Assembly: GCA_034439715.1 (NCBI GenBank)
Contig: JAWXAY010000053.1
Span: 1-60,874, forward strand
Direction: 5' to 3'
DNA from: Pseudomonadota bacterium
Lineage (GTDB): Bacteria; Bdellovibrionota; Bdellovibrionia; Bdellovibrionales; SG-bin7
Length of the DNA stretch: 60,874 bases
Shown: positions 19,554-29,494 of the stretch, in pieces
How positions within the stretch are numbered: the stretch's first letter is position 1
Layout of the letters: each line of letters opens with the position of its first letter
Notes under the pieces: generated by a model
Databases searched by the model: none
The model's input: the letters and a program-made list of their open reading frames with translations, nothing else
Told to the model about the DNA's origin: nothing
Made by a program: the position numbers and the translations under genes

Positions 19554-21647
19554 TTAGCCAATGGATAGGAAATGATACCGGCCTTTAATTCCAATTATTT
19601 CTTCATTTATCGCGGCATGTACGGGCATTTTTAATTCTGGGTCCATTACTACCAATTCTTGAGCAGCAACTCTTGCGGACTTCAGAATTTCAATATCGTT
19701 TATTAAGTTAGCCATTTTAAATCCAGCCATCCCTGATTGCCTTGTACCTAAAAATTCTCCCGGTCCCCTTATTTTTAGGTCCGCCTCAGAAAGCTCAAAA
19801 CCATCATTGGTACGTTCCATCCATTGAACTCGCTCTTTAGATTCTGGCCCGACGGCATAGCCTAAAACTAATACACAGTAACTCTTCAATGCTCCCCGAC
19901 CCACTCGGCCTCTTAGTTGATGAAGCTGGCTCAATCCAAAGCGCTCTGCATGTTCGATAATTATTAACGTAGCATTGGGCACATCCACTCCCACTTCTAT
20001 CACCGTAGTTGAAACCAGCACTTGAATATTTCCCTTCCGAAAAGAAGACATGACATCCTCTTTCTCTTGGGAGCTCATTCGACCGTGAAGCAAGCCAAAA
20101 TTAATTTCAGGCATTTCCGTTTTCAATTTTTCGTACTCGTCTACCGCATTTTTTAAATCGACTTTTTCGCTTTCTTCGACAAGGGGAAAAATATAATAGG
20201 CTTGTCGACCGTAGCCAACTTGAGTGGCTAAAAACGCTAATATTTGGGGACGCTTATTCTGAAATGTGACCCGGGTGACAATTTGAGTTCTTCCCGGCGG
20301 CTTCTCGCGAATGATGGATAGGTCTAAGTCACCATATACTGTGAGCGCAAGTGAGCGAGGAATGGGAGTGGCCGTCATCAATAAAAGATGGGGACTAACA
20401 CCTTTGTGTTTTAATTGTTCTCTCTGTTTGACCCCGAAGCGGTGTTGTTCATCCACAATTACCAGACTTAGGTTCTTAAACTCAACACCTTCTTGAATAA
20501 TCGCTTGGGTGCCAACACAAAAGGAAATCACGCCATCTTTTAATTGCGCTAATGTGGCAGCTCGCTCTTTGCCCGAAAGATCGCTGACTAGCAAACCCAC
20601 TTTTATCCCCAAGGGCTCTAATATTTTTTTTGCCGTGCTCAAATGTTGTTTGGCCAAAATCTCAGTGGGCACCATGAGTGCCGCTTGATGACCATTTTCA
20701 ATGGCTAGCAGCGCTGCCATAAATGCAACAACGGTTTTACCGCTGCCCACATCGCCTTGCAATAAGCGATGCATGGGATGAGGCACCGACAGATCCAAGA
20801 AAATTTCCGAAATGGATTTTTCTTGGTCATTGGTCAATTTAAAAGGTAAGATTTCACGAAATCTCTTTGTAAGATCGTGTTTTTGAATTAAGGCAATGCC
20901 ATTTTGTTTTTTTATCTTCGTTCTATTGAGAGCTAAAAATAACTCAAGCCAAAAAAATTCTTCAAACTTTATTCGTGTATGATAAGGACTTGTGAAATTG
21001 GTAAACTCGACGCCGGCAGATTCAGGAGGGTGATGGATTTTCTTCATAGCGTCGATCTTCGAGACAAGGTTATATTTCTTTTTTATCCATTCGGGGAGTG
21101 GGTCTACGCTGGGCAGTTTACTCGAGGCTAGCCCCTCAAACGCAGACTCCACCAATTTTTGAACTTTTCTGGTCGATAAGCCTTCGGTTTCTGAATAGAG
21201 TGGGACAAGTTGGTCTTTGCCTTCTAAGTTTTCTTGAAAATCGTTAAGGTCAGGATGATGAAACTCGAGTCGGCCTCGATACTTTGTCACTTTACCAACA
21301 ACCTGCACTGTTTTTCCGATTTCTAACTTTTCGAAATAACCTTTAAAGGGTACACGAAAATATTTGCAATTAATTTGTCCGCTTTCATCAGAAACCAAAA
21401 CGTCATGGACCCTGCGTGTTTTTCCGATGTGCTGGCTACCGACTTTGATGATTTTAGCTTTAAGGCTAACTGTTTCGCCCTCGCTGAGGCTCCTGATGTC
21501 TCTAGCTCTTCGTCTATCTTCATAGGCACGTGGATAATACTCTAAAAGATCAGAAAGCCGCCGAATTCCCTTTTTGCCAAGGAATTCGCCCATTCTTGGG
21601 CCTACTCCCTTTAAGTACTGAATCGGCGTGTCATAGCTTAGGTACAT
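19554..21647 (-). CDS. recG: ATP-dependent DNA helicase RecG
   Basis: LKGVGP, RLLQGDVGSGKT, DEQHRFGV, MTATPIPR, QLRGRVGRG, DL.IRGPGE; start set at ATG 21647. Confidence 0.98.
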   Translation of the reverse strand: MYLSYDTPIQYLKGVGPRMGEFLGKKGIRRLSDLLEYYPRAYEDRRRARDIRSLSEGETVSLKAKIIKVGSQHIGKTRRVHDVLVSDESGQINCKYFRVPFKGYFEKLEIGKTVQVVGKVTKYRGRLEFHHPDLNDFQENLEGKDQLVPLYSETEGLSTRKVQKLVESAFEGLASSKLPSVDPLPEWIKKKYNLVSKIDAMKKIHHPPESAGVEFTNFTSPYHTRIKFEEFFWLELFLALNRTKIKKQNGIALIQKHDLTKRFREILPFKLTNDQEKSISEIFLDLSVPHPMHRLLQGDVGSGKTVVAFMAALLAIENGHQAALMVPTEILAKQHLSTAKKILEPLGIKVGLLVSDLSGKERAATLAQLKDGVISFCVGTQAIIQEGVEFKNLSLVIVDEQHRFGVKQREQLKHKGVSPHLLLMTATPIPRSLALTVYGDLDLSIIREKPPGRTQIVTRVTFQNKRPQILAFLATQVGYGRQAYYIFPLVEESEKVDLKNAVDEYEKLKTEMPEINFGLLHGRMSSQEKEDVMSSFRKGNIQVLVSTTVIEVGVDVPNATLIIIEHAERFGLSQLHQLRGRVGRGALKSYCVLVLGYAVGPESKERVQWMERTNDGFELSEADLKIRGPGEFLGTRQSGMAGFKMANLINDIEILKSARVAAQELVVMDPELKMPVHAAINEEIIGIKGRYHFLSIG

Positions 21648-21707
21648 AGTCCATGAGATAAAAGTGTTTTGCTTGTCAGTCAATGAATCCAAAGGAAAAA
21701 TAAGAAG

Positions 21708-22655
21708 GTGATGGATAAAGAAAAATTTGTTCGCATACGCATTAAAAGTGTTTACCCAGATGTAGCCACGGACTTTGACCTTTTTGTGCTCATCGGAGGT
21801 CGCCATGTTTTATATTTGCATTCTGGCGACAAACTTAGCCTTGAAAAAATGTCTTCGCTTGAAGCTCACCAAAACGCAGCCTTTTATATCCATGAAAAAG
21901 ATTTCAAATCCTTCAAAAAATATGTTCACCGAGAAGTGTCCGGAGATAAACTCAACAATAAACAAAAAGCACTTATTCTAAAAGAGAGTTCATATGCTTT
22001 AGTCGAGCAGCTTTTCGAAAATCCCGATGTCAATAAAGCCCTTGATGAATCTAAAGAAATCATTCAGAGTTTTGTGACCTTTATGGAAGCAGTCCCTGAA
22101 GGCATGGCACATCTGATCAGTCTCTCCAGTCACGATTTTTACACCTATAACCACTCACTCGATGTCGGCATCTATTGTTTGGGACTTGCCAAGGCCCTGA
22201 GCTATAATTTTCGGGACCTTGTAGAGGTTGGTCAGGGCGCGCTTTTTCATGATATCGGAAAACGCCTCGTGGACGTAAACATAATAACTAAAGCGGGCCC
22301 CTTAGATGAAAGCGAATGGGCGCAAATGTCCAGACATCCTCAATATGGACTTAAAATTCTTAATGATCACGGCGGTATCACTGACGGTATTAAAGCCGCT
22401 TGTTTTGAGCATCATGAAAACTTTCTAGGTACAGGATATCCTCAAGGGTTAAATGGCCAAGATATTCATCCCTTTGGACGTATCGTCGCATTGGCCGACA
22501 CCTATGATGCCCTCACCACAAAGCGTTCGTATAATAACCCCATGTATCCCAAAGATGCCGTTGAATTAATGGCTCATAAAATCTGTGATCGCTACGATCC
22601 AGAAATGTTAAAGGCTTTTACGTCTATTTTATTTAATATAGAAAAAAAGAAGTAG
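21708..22655 (+). CDS. HD-GYP domain protein (cyclic di-nucleotide phosphodiesterase-like)
   Basis: YTYNHS, FHDIGK, HHENFLGTGYPQG, ADTYDALTTKRSY. Confidence 0.92.
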   Translation: MMDKEKFVRIRIKSVYPDVATDFDLFVLIGGRHVLYLHSGDKLSLEKMSSLEAHQNAAFYIHEKDFKSFKKYVHREVSGDKLNNKQKALILKESSYALVEQLFENPDVNKALDESKEIIQSFVTFMEAVPEGMAHLISLSSHDFYTYNHSLDVGIYCLGLAKALSYNFRDLVEVGQGALFHDIGKRLVDVNIITKAGPLDESEWAQMSRHPQYGLKILNDHGGITDGIKAACFEHHENFLGTGYPQGLNGQDIHPFGRIVALADTYDALTTKRSYNNPMYPKDAVELMAHKICDRYDPEMLKAFTSILFNIEKKK

Positions 22656-22656
22656 A

Positions 22657-24333
22657 CTACTCTTCCTCTTCCTCTGATTCGCTGTCGCTTTCATCGTCTT
22701 CGATTTCATCGAGGTCAATCTCCTCAACTTCATTCTTTTTCGAAGTAGTGATGGGGGCGTCTTCTTCACCTATAAGTTCCTCATCGGAAAGCTCTTGCAA
22801 CAGATCCCTTTTAAATCCGCTGCTGCGAGTAAGTTTTAGCTGCTCTCGCAATAAGGGGCCTGGTTTACCTGTAAAGTCACCCGGTAAAATTGCATCACTG
22901 GCAGCAACAATGACACCCGTCGAAACCGAATCTTGTGTATGAACAATTTTTAAAATGCCCACCTCACGGGAATTAAGTTCATCAAGGGTCTTTTTGTCGC
23001 GCAGCTCTTCGTTTGCCAGTACCGAGAGGAGTCCTCCAACTTTGATACCGTCACTCGTTCCCACATTAAGGTAAACAAAATAACCGACACCAAAAATTTC
23101 AGTTTGGCCATCAAGAAATCCACCGGTAATTTCGCCCGAGATATTTTGTAAAGCGCCCTTTATAGAAAGCTCTACAGTAGGAAATGTCTGGCGAATCAAC
23201 TTGGCACCGACCGCCACCGCATTTGTATTAGCAGTAATAATGGCCCTAAAAAGCTCAGCGCCCTCATCTATGACTTCGACCAACTTGAGTTGACCGTCCA
23301 CACTCACAGGAACACCGTTAACCTTTTTAAAGAACTTCCTCGGTTTTTTTAACTGGCTAATCACCAAAAGACTTTCTCCGAGTTTACCTCCTGATACCTC
23401 TACGTAAATCGGTTGAAAGTTGGAGCCGATTAACTGGTCGTTATTTATTCGAACGATTCGCCCATCGTCCTCCGGAAACTCTTCCGCAACAAAACTGACA
23501 AGCGGCACGATAACTTCGGCAGGTTGAGATAGCGGTTTACCTGAAAAAATTAAATTCGAGGAAACTTTTCCGCCCGAAGTCACATCCCAGATCGGAAGGC
23601 TTGGTGGAATTACTGGCAACCTCGCTGTCGATTTTCTTCGCGTAGGGGGAATTACAACCTCTTCCACTGTGGTTGCCCGCAACCCTTCACTCGGTAACAA
23701 TTCATCCTCGCCTAAATCCGGTAAGATGGCCTTTTCTTCGGGAGTTAATGTGCCGGCCATCTCAATTGACATGGACTGCTGTGGCTCTTCTATTTCTATG
23801 GTCGGCTCCTGGGTAAGAGTACCGGGGTAAAATTTTAATTTTTGTTTTGAAATCACAAAGTGGGGATTATAAATATCTTTATTGAGAGACCAAATTTTTG
23901 GCCAAAAGAAGGGGTCGCCAAAAAAAGCACGGCTAATATCCCAAAGCGTATCACCTTTTTGAATCGTGTAGTTTTCGCTCTTTCGCGATTTTACGATTTC
24001 TCCCCAATCTTTATCTTCTATCGGGCCCCTTAGCCCACTAAAGATTTCAAAAAGTCTATCTTCGAGCTCCACATCGGGGAGGTCAGATGCTTCGGGCGAT
24101 ATTGATTTTTTTGATTTTTCTTGGACAGTCAATTGAGGATCTGCAACCTCGGCTTTTTCTTCGGTCTTTTCTTCGGTCTTTTCTTCGGCCTGTTCTTCTA
24201 GACTATCCTCAGCATCAAGTTCCTCTTCAATATCGACGTTGTCGTCATCTTGGGCCCATAAAGAATTTTGAAAACCACAAAAAGGTGAAAAAACCATTGC
24301 AGCTAGTACTATTTCGAAAATCCATTTTCTCAA
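22657..24333 (-). CDS. LysM peptidoglycan-binding protein (TsaP-like) with acidic termini
   Basis: Signal peptide; YTIQKGDTLWDIS..F.GDPFFWPKIWSLN..I.NPH. Confidence 0.85.
   Translation of the reverse strand: MRKWIFEIVLAAMVFSPFCGFQNSLWAQDDDNVDIEEELDAEDSLEEQAEEKTEEKTEEKAEVADPQLTVQEKSKKSISPEASDLPDVELEDRLFEIFSGLRGPIEDKDWGEIVKSRKSENYTIQKGDTLWDISRAFFGDPFFWPKIWSLNKDIYNPHFVISKQKLKFYPGTLTQEPTIEIEEPQQSMSIEMAGTLTPEEKAILPDLGEDELLPSEGLRATTVEEVVIPPTRRKSTARLPVIPPSLPIWDVTSGGKVSSNLIFSGKPLSQPAEVIVPLVSFVAEEFPEDDGRIVRINNDQLIGSNFQPIYVEVSGGKLGESLLVISQLKKPRKFFKKVNGVPVSVDGQLKLVEVIDEGAELFRAIITANTNAVAVGAKLIRQTFPTVELSIKGALQNISGEITGGFLDGQTEIFGVGYFVYLNVGTSDGIKVGGLLSVLANEELRDKKTLDELNSREVGILKIVHTQDSVSTGVIVAASDAILPGDFTGKPGPLLREQLKLTRSSGFKRDLLQELSDEELIGEEDAPITTSKKNEVEEIDLDEIEDDESDSESEEEEE
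24155..24190. repeat. In-frame 12-bp tandem repeat x3 in the LysM gene (EEKT repeats)
   Basis: TTTTCTTCGGTC TTTTCTTCGGTC TTTTCTTCGGCC. Confidence 0.85.
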
Positions 24334-24345
24334 TCTAGCCTCTTT

Positions 24346-24810
24346 TTATTTCAAAATCTTTAACTGAAAATCAGACTGAAAATATTCCGGGCTACCAGGA
24401 TATTTTTTTCGAACACTTTCAAATATCTTGGTGGCCGTTTCTTTCTTTCCTAACTTCCTCAAAGCAATTCCCCTACCTACCATAGCAGAGGGTAACTTAT
24501 TTCCATTTGGATAATACTTTTGCAAAAGGCTAAAATTTTTCGAAGCCCGCTTGTAATTTTCTTTCGACAGCGCCAATAAACCGTTCAAGTAAAGCGAATT
24601 GTCTGCATGAACACTTTTGGGATAAGTCTTCAAAAATAAACGAACTGACTTATTTAATAGCAGACTATCCCCTTGCCGGTAAGACTCAATCACCTTGGCG
24701 TAAAGTAAATGCTCAGGATTTGTTTCACCCGAAAAAACAGTTTGGGGAATTATTATCAACATCAGTGCGATTAAGCTTGGCAATTTTCTTAGATTTCTCA
24801 TTACAAACAT
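24346..24810 (-). CDS. TPR protein, CpoB/YbgF-like
   Basis: F.K.YP.S.HADNSLY..G, YP.GNK.PSAM...G, KKYPGSP. Confidence 0.8.
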   Translation of the reverse strand: MFVMRNLRKLPSLIALMLIIIPQTVFSGETNPEHLLYAKVIESYRQGDSLLLNKSVRLFLKTYPKSVHADNSLYLNGLLALSKENYKRASKNFSLLQKYYPNGNKLPSAMVGRGIALRKLGKKETATKIFESVRKKYPGSPEYFQSDFQLKILK

Positions 24811-25135
24811 TTTAAGAATAATTACCTACTCTGTCAGTAAATTTTCAGAATCTAAAATCAGAAAAACTATTCTAAAGACTTGGCTCACTTTTCCACATCG
24901 GTTGTGGATTAAATAAGGTTCAAGACCTTAGGCCATAACACGGACAAGGGTTTGAGCGAAATGCCAGTCAAATAACAATATCTTAAACTATTGAACTTAC
25001 GAATCAAATTACGATAACGTTGAGCTTCAATTTCACTTTTTTTTTAAATCTTAAATTCTTAAACTGGACAGCCCTGTTTTCATTCATCACTGAGAAATTA
25101 TTGGGAAGTTTCAGCAACTTGCATACGTCTGTCAT

Positions 25136-26020
25136 ATGGTTATTGGTTTCGCTTTGCTTGTCTTCGCTCAGATATCTTTATATTTGAAATGGTTTGACCT
25201 GCTCAAACCTCTGGCCAAGGTTTCCCACGACTTTTGCATAGCCAGCGCCCCAATAACCGAATGGAAAAGTCTCTATGTGGCAATAGTATGTGCAGAGCCT
25301 TTGCCTGAAAGTAGTTTTAAGCAGGCACTTAAGCTCAGTTCTTTGCTACATATTATTGTTGTTTCTGGCACACACTTACTTATTTTAGAACTAATTTTAA
25401 ATAAAACATCATTAGTTATCCCTCGCTTAAAAATTCTCATCCCTATTTTTCTGGTGGGATTTGCTTTTGTAACTTTCTTAAGTCCGCCTGCAATTCGAGC
25501 GCTAGTACATATGGCAGTTTCTAAAACGAGTGAATCTAAAAAACTCTTCTGGAACCCAATGCAGCTTTCTTGGCTTTCATCGTTTGTAGTTTTGTCGATA
25601 TTTCCAGAATGGTTGAACTCCTATTCTTTACTCTTAAGCACTGCTGCCAGCCTTAGCGTTACAGTTTTTTTTCGTGCAAATATTTCAACAATTAAAAAAC
25701 ACACATTGACGTATTTAATTATGGCAATATTTTTATTGCCCATCGGCCTGCCCCATCCTTTGGCAATTTTGTTTAATGTCGTTTTTGTGCCAATCGTAGG
25801 TGGAATACTTTTTCCGTTAAATCTCGCCTGTTTTTTCTGGCATGATCTTAGCGCAATAGTTGATTGCCTTTGGGCTGGATTCAATGAGTCTTTGCTATAT
25901 CTTACAAATGGACTTTCTCCGCTCGGACAAAGAAATATCAGTATCCGTTATTTATGGATTCTTCTTTTCCTGATGCAGATATCTTTGATTTTTCATAAAA
26001 GAAAGTCCCTGCCGAAATGA
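25136..26020 (+). CDS. comEC: ComEC/Rec2 competence membrane domain (N-terminal half)
   Basis: LLHIIVVSGTH competence-domain motif, PPAIRA, SLLLS, multiple TM segments. Confidence 0.75.
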   Translation: MVIGFALLVFAQISLYLKWFDLLKPLAKVSHDFCIASAPITEWKSLYVAIVCAEPLPESSFKQALKLSSLLHIIVVSGTHLLILELILNKTSLVIPRLKILIPIFLVGFAFVTFLSPPAIRALVHMAVSKTSESKKLFWNPMQLSWLSSFVVLSIFPEWLNSYSLLLSTAASLSVTVFFRANISTIKKHTLTYLIMAIFLLPIGLPHPLAILFNVVFVPIVGGILFPLNLACFFWHDLSAIVDCLWAGFNESLLYLTNGLSPLGQRNISIRYLWILLFLMQISLIFHKRKSLPK

Positions 26021-26808
26021 TTAATTGGCTGTTGTTGGTATTTCTCCTAATGGTTCCTCCGCCCATTGACCCAGGCCTCAGTCAATCAGAATTTATTGTT
26101 TGGAATGTTGGGCAAGGGCTTTGGGTAACCTATATTGATAGTAGCACCTGCCACCACTTTGATATCGGTGGCGAAAAAAACAAAACAAAATTCTTAAAAA
26201 AAAGCCTGCGAGAACATTGTTTAAACAAGATTAATTTTGCCTACTTTTCTCATTGGGATTGGGATCATATTGGTTTAGCTCAAATTGCCAAATCCTGGTT
26301 GCCTAATTTGTGCATTAAAGTATGGCCTCAGGGATCCTCAAACTTCAGAAAGAAAAATACTTTATCTACACTTGGCGAGTGTCATTCGGGTCCACTAATT
26401 CCTGAAATTGTTGAACTTACGTTTGAGACTCAGGCCAGGTATAAACCCAACCAATTGAGTCGAATTTTTCTAATTAATAATGAAATTCTATTGCCAGGGG
26501 ATTCTCCTGTTGACATGGAAAAAAAGTGGCGCGAGCAAATTTCTGATAGAAACCAAATTCGAATACTTGTGCTAGGCCATCATGGCAGCAAAACAAGCAC
26601 CAGTCCCTTAACATTAAATAAATTGCTGCACCTTAAAGCAGGCATTGCTAGCAGTAACCCAAGAAGATATGGGCACCCACATCAATTGGTGTTGAAGCGA
26701 CTCAGAAAATCCCATGTACCTGTTATCAAAACTGTTAGCTGGAACTCGCTACACTTTTTATCAGCGAAAAGAACTCGACCAAGGGCCAGTCTTACTACGA
26801 AGCATTAG
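26017..26808 (+). CDS. ComEC-type metallo-beta-lactamase-fold nuclease domain (separate gene)
   Basis: WNVGQG, SHWDWDH, LPGD, GHHGSKTS, YGHPH. Confidence 0.85.
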   Translation: MINWLLLVFLLMVPPPIDPGLSQSEFIVWNVGQGLWVTYIDSSTCHHFDIGGEKNKTKFLKKSLREHCLNKINFAYFSHWDWDHIGLAQIAKSWLPNLCIKVWPQGSSNFRKKNTLSTLGECHSGPLIPEIVELTFETQARYKPNQLSRIFLINNEILLPGDSPVDMEKKWREQISDRNQIRILVLGHHGSKTSTSPLTLNKLLHLKAGIASSNPRRYGHPHQLVLKRLRKSHVPVIKTVSWNSLHFLSAKRTRPRASLTTKH

Positions 26809-26856
26809 CTTCTAAAATTTTTCTGAAAATATTTAAGGTGGTGCTATGATATTTCT

Positions 26857-27549
26857 ATGGCTACGAATTCCACGGCAATCGCCGTTTTTCTTAAGACTCC
26901 AGGATTTTCTTCGTTACATCAGGGTTTGGCAAACACCATTGGAGATGACAACGCGAGCGAGGCAGATCGACTATCAATAGACGCGACGGCTTCAGTCGTG
27001 AGAGCCGCCATGGCTCAAGATAAGAGACTTATACCTTACTGGGTTTTAAATAATCCCAATGAACACCTCCCGGCCGTGGCCCAAGGCTTTAAGACTATTA
27101 CTCAAGGTAAGGGAAAACTTTCTGAACGTATCAGCCAGGTTTATAACGATCTTTTAGATTCTCACTCAAACGTAATTATTTTAAATACCGAGTGCCCACA
27201 AATCTCTCCCTCACTGATCCTGTCTGCGGATATTCTATTGTTAAATAATCAAAGAAAATTAAAGCAATTCGTCTTGGGCCGCACAGAAAATGGCGGATTT
27301 TATTTGTTTGGCGGAGCTCAATATATTTCGGACATGATCTGGAAAAATCTGAATTTAGGAAGCAAGAATTCTGCAAATAATCTGACAACAGCATTAAGCC
27401 AACTGGGCCAAGTCAATGAGCTAGAAACTCTTTATGATATTCATGATTATAACAGCCTAAAACGTCTGGGCAACGATCTGGCCTATGAAGTTACTCTCCT
27501 ACCAGGACAAAAAAATCTCGTAAACTGGATTAACAATCAAGCTTTATAA
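26857..27549 (+). CDS. DUF2064 / TIGR04282-like glycosyltransferase-fold protein (degenerate motifs)
   Basis: AVF.KTPG, QG.G.L.ER, CPQI, LG...GGFYLFG, L.DI. Confidence 0.7.
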   Translation: MATNSTAIAVFLKTPGFSSLHQGLANTIGDDNASEADRLSIDATASVVRAAMAQDKRLIPYWVLNNPNEHLPAVAQGFKTITQGKGKLSERISQVYNDLLDSHSNVIILNTECPQISPSLILSADILLLNNQRKLKQFVLGRTENGGFYLFGGAQYISDMIWKNLNLGSKNSANNLTTALSQLGQVNELETLYDIHDYNSLKRLGNDLAYEVTLLPGQKNLVNWINNQAL

Positions 27550-28643
27550 GCTTTGAATTCCATTTCGAGATCACGTGCGACAGGCTCGTAAGATACAAAA
27601 CCCTTATAAACGTTTAGACCCAATAGAAGTGCGGGGTCTTTGGCTACAGCCTCTTCTACTCCCATGGCGGCAAGCATTGAAGCATACTTGAACGTGGCGT
27701 TTGTTAGAGCATAAGTCGAAGTGCGAGCGACAACTCCCGGCATATTGGGCACGCAGTAATGAATAACTCCATTTACTTCGTAAGTCGGATTGGTGTGCGA
27801 TGTGGGTTTACAAGTTTCAATGCAACCACCCTGATCAACCGACACATCTACAACAACACTTCCGGGTGTCATGCGTGAAACAATTTCTTTAGTTACAAGC
27901 TTTGGCGCCTTGCGACCCGTGATAAGAACGGCGCCTATTACTAAGTCTGCATTGATCACCGCTTTTTCAATGTTGGTGGTGTTTGACCAAAGAGTTGTCA
28001 CTCTGCCCTGATAAACCTGGTCAATATACTCAAGACGTGAATGATTAACGTCAATAATGGTGGCCTCGGCACCAAGACCTATCGCAATCTGAAGAGCATT
28101 AATCCCCACAACTCCGGCGCCAATAATAACTACCTTACCTCGTTGTACTCCCGTCACCCCACCCAGCAAAAGTCCCTGGCCACCGTGATCTTTTTGTAAA
28201 TAACTGGCGCCTACTTGTGTCGCCATTCTTCCGGCAACCTCGCTCATAGGAGTCAACAGCGGAAGGCTACCATCTGTTTTTTAAATTGTTTCGTAGGCGC
28301 TGGCCTTCCCTTTTCTTTCACACAAGCCTTTAGTGAGTTTTGGTTCCGCCGCTAAGTGCAGACAATTGCATAATATTTGATTCTCTCGTAGCATGTCATA
28401 TTCTTCGGGCAGTGGTTCTTTCACTTTCACAATCATGTCGGCTTTGGCATAAACCTCTTTTTTTGTGTCGATAAGTGTGGCGCCCGCTTGAATATAAAGT
28501 TCATTGGTAATTCGACATCCGACTCCGGCATCTTTTTCTACCAAAACTTTGTGTCCTTCTTGCACGAGCTGCCTCACTCCTGCTTCAGTTAAGCCTACGC
28601 GATTTTCGCTGATTTTAATTTCTTTAGGTACACCGACGATCAT
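27537..28643 (-). pseudogene. ald: Alanine dehydrogenase interrupted by an in-frame TAA at 28283-28281 (possibly an assembly error)
   Basis: GVPKEIK..ENRVG ... KVKEP ... HLAA ... AYETI*KTDGSLPLLTPMSEVAGR ... GAGVVG ... DQGGC.ET ... VPNMPG; both halves in the same frame. Confidence 0.9.
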
Positions 28644-28720
28644 AATAATAACCCCTCAACAAATATAGTTACTTTGCAATGTTAGCGTTTTATAATAGCC
28701 ACATGAGAGGGTCAATGGGA

Positions 28721-29494
28721 ATGGTTTTTCTTAATATACTCATCGGTATGTTTCTCGCCTCCATTTCCTCGATCGCCTATGGTCTGCCGCCTGAGGGACT
28801 AGAAGGCTACGGAATTTATTCAAAGGAGTCCGCTAACTACCACGTCTATTTACAGGGAGAAAATCGTAATTCTTATTGGAAAACTGAAGGCTTAGGTACC
28901 TCGATTATCAGTGATTATCTTAACGAATCCGGAAACCAATGGACCCTCGGATTTTATCAAAATGCCGATACCGTTAACAGCAATCACCTTGCCTATTTTG
29001 TACGCTACGACTTGATACCATGGGAAACTCACTCGTTATCGCTAAAATATCTTCACCAAGATTGGTACTTTATTGAATCAGGTCAAGAAAATATCGGGTT
29101 AGAATTTAGTGGCTATTTTCCGTTTGAACTTGCGCGCTCAAGTTTTTATTATTCGATTGGTTTTTATTACCGATGGCTCAAACAAAGTTGGAACCAAGAT
29201 GCCCATAAGCCATTTTCTTTTCAAACTGAAGATAAGAGCGGCTTTCCAACCTTTACCTTAGGATTTCAAAAGGAACTTTCTGATGATGGCAGCTTTTTAA
29301 CTTTTGATTACAATGATCGCGATGCCTTCAATTATCAAAACGGCGATTCGTGGTCTACTGACTTGAGCGTCAACATCAGTTTCGGAGAGGAACGTTTTTT
29401 AAAACTTTATTATGGGGTCATGTGGGGGGGCACTTTTACTTTCTTACCCGGATTTCCAATGAGCGAATATTTCGGCGTCGGCTTAGTTTTATAA
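28721..29494 (+). CDS. Secreted hypothetical protein, probable outer-membrane beta-barrel
   Basis: Signal peptide; aromatic-rich alternating strands; ends YFGVGLVL. Confidence 0.6.
   Translation: MVFLNILIGMFLASISSIAYGLPPEGLEGYGIYSKESANYHVYLQGENRNSYWKTEGLGTSIISDYLNESGNQWTLGFYQNADTVNSNHLAYFVRYDLIPWETHSLSLKYLHQDWYFIESGQENIGLEFSGYFPFELARSSFYYSIGFYYRWLKQSWNQDAHKPFSFQTEDKSGFPTFTLGFQKELSDDGSFLTFDYNDRDAFNYQNGDSWSTDLSVNISFGEERFLKLYYGVMWGGTFTFLPGFPMSEYFGVGLVL

Noticed and set aside
28281..28283. Programmed readthrough or recoding of the ald stop
   Set aside because: TAA is not a Sec/Pyl codon, is used as a normal stop throughout the window, and neighbouring codons are also corrupted
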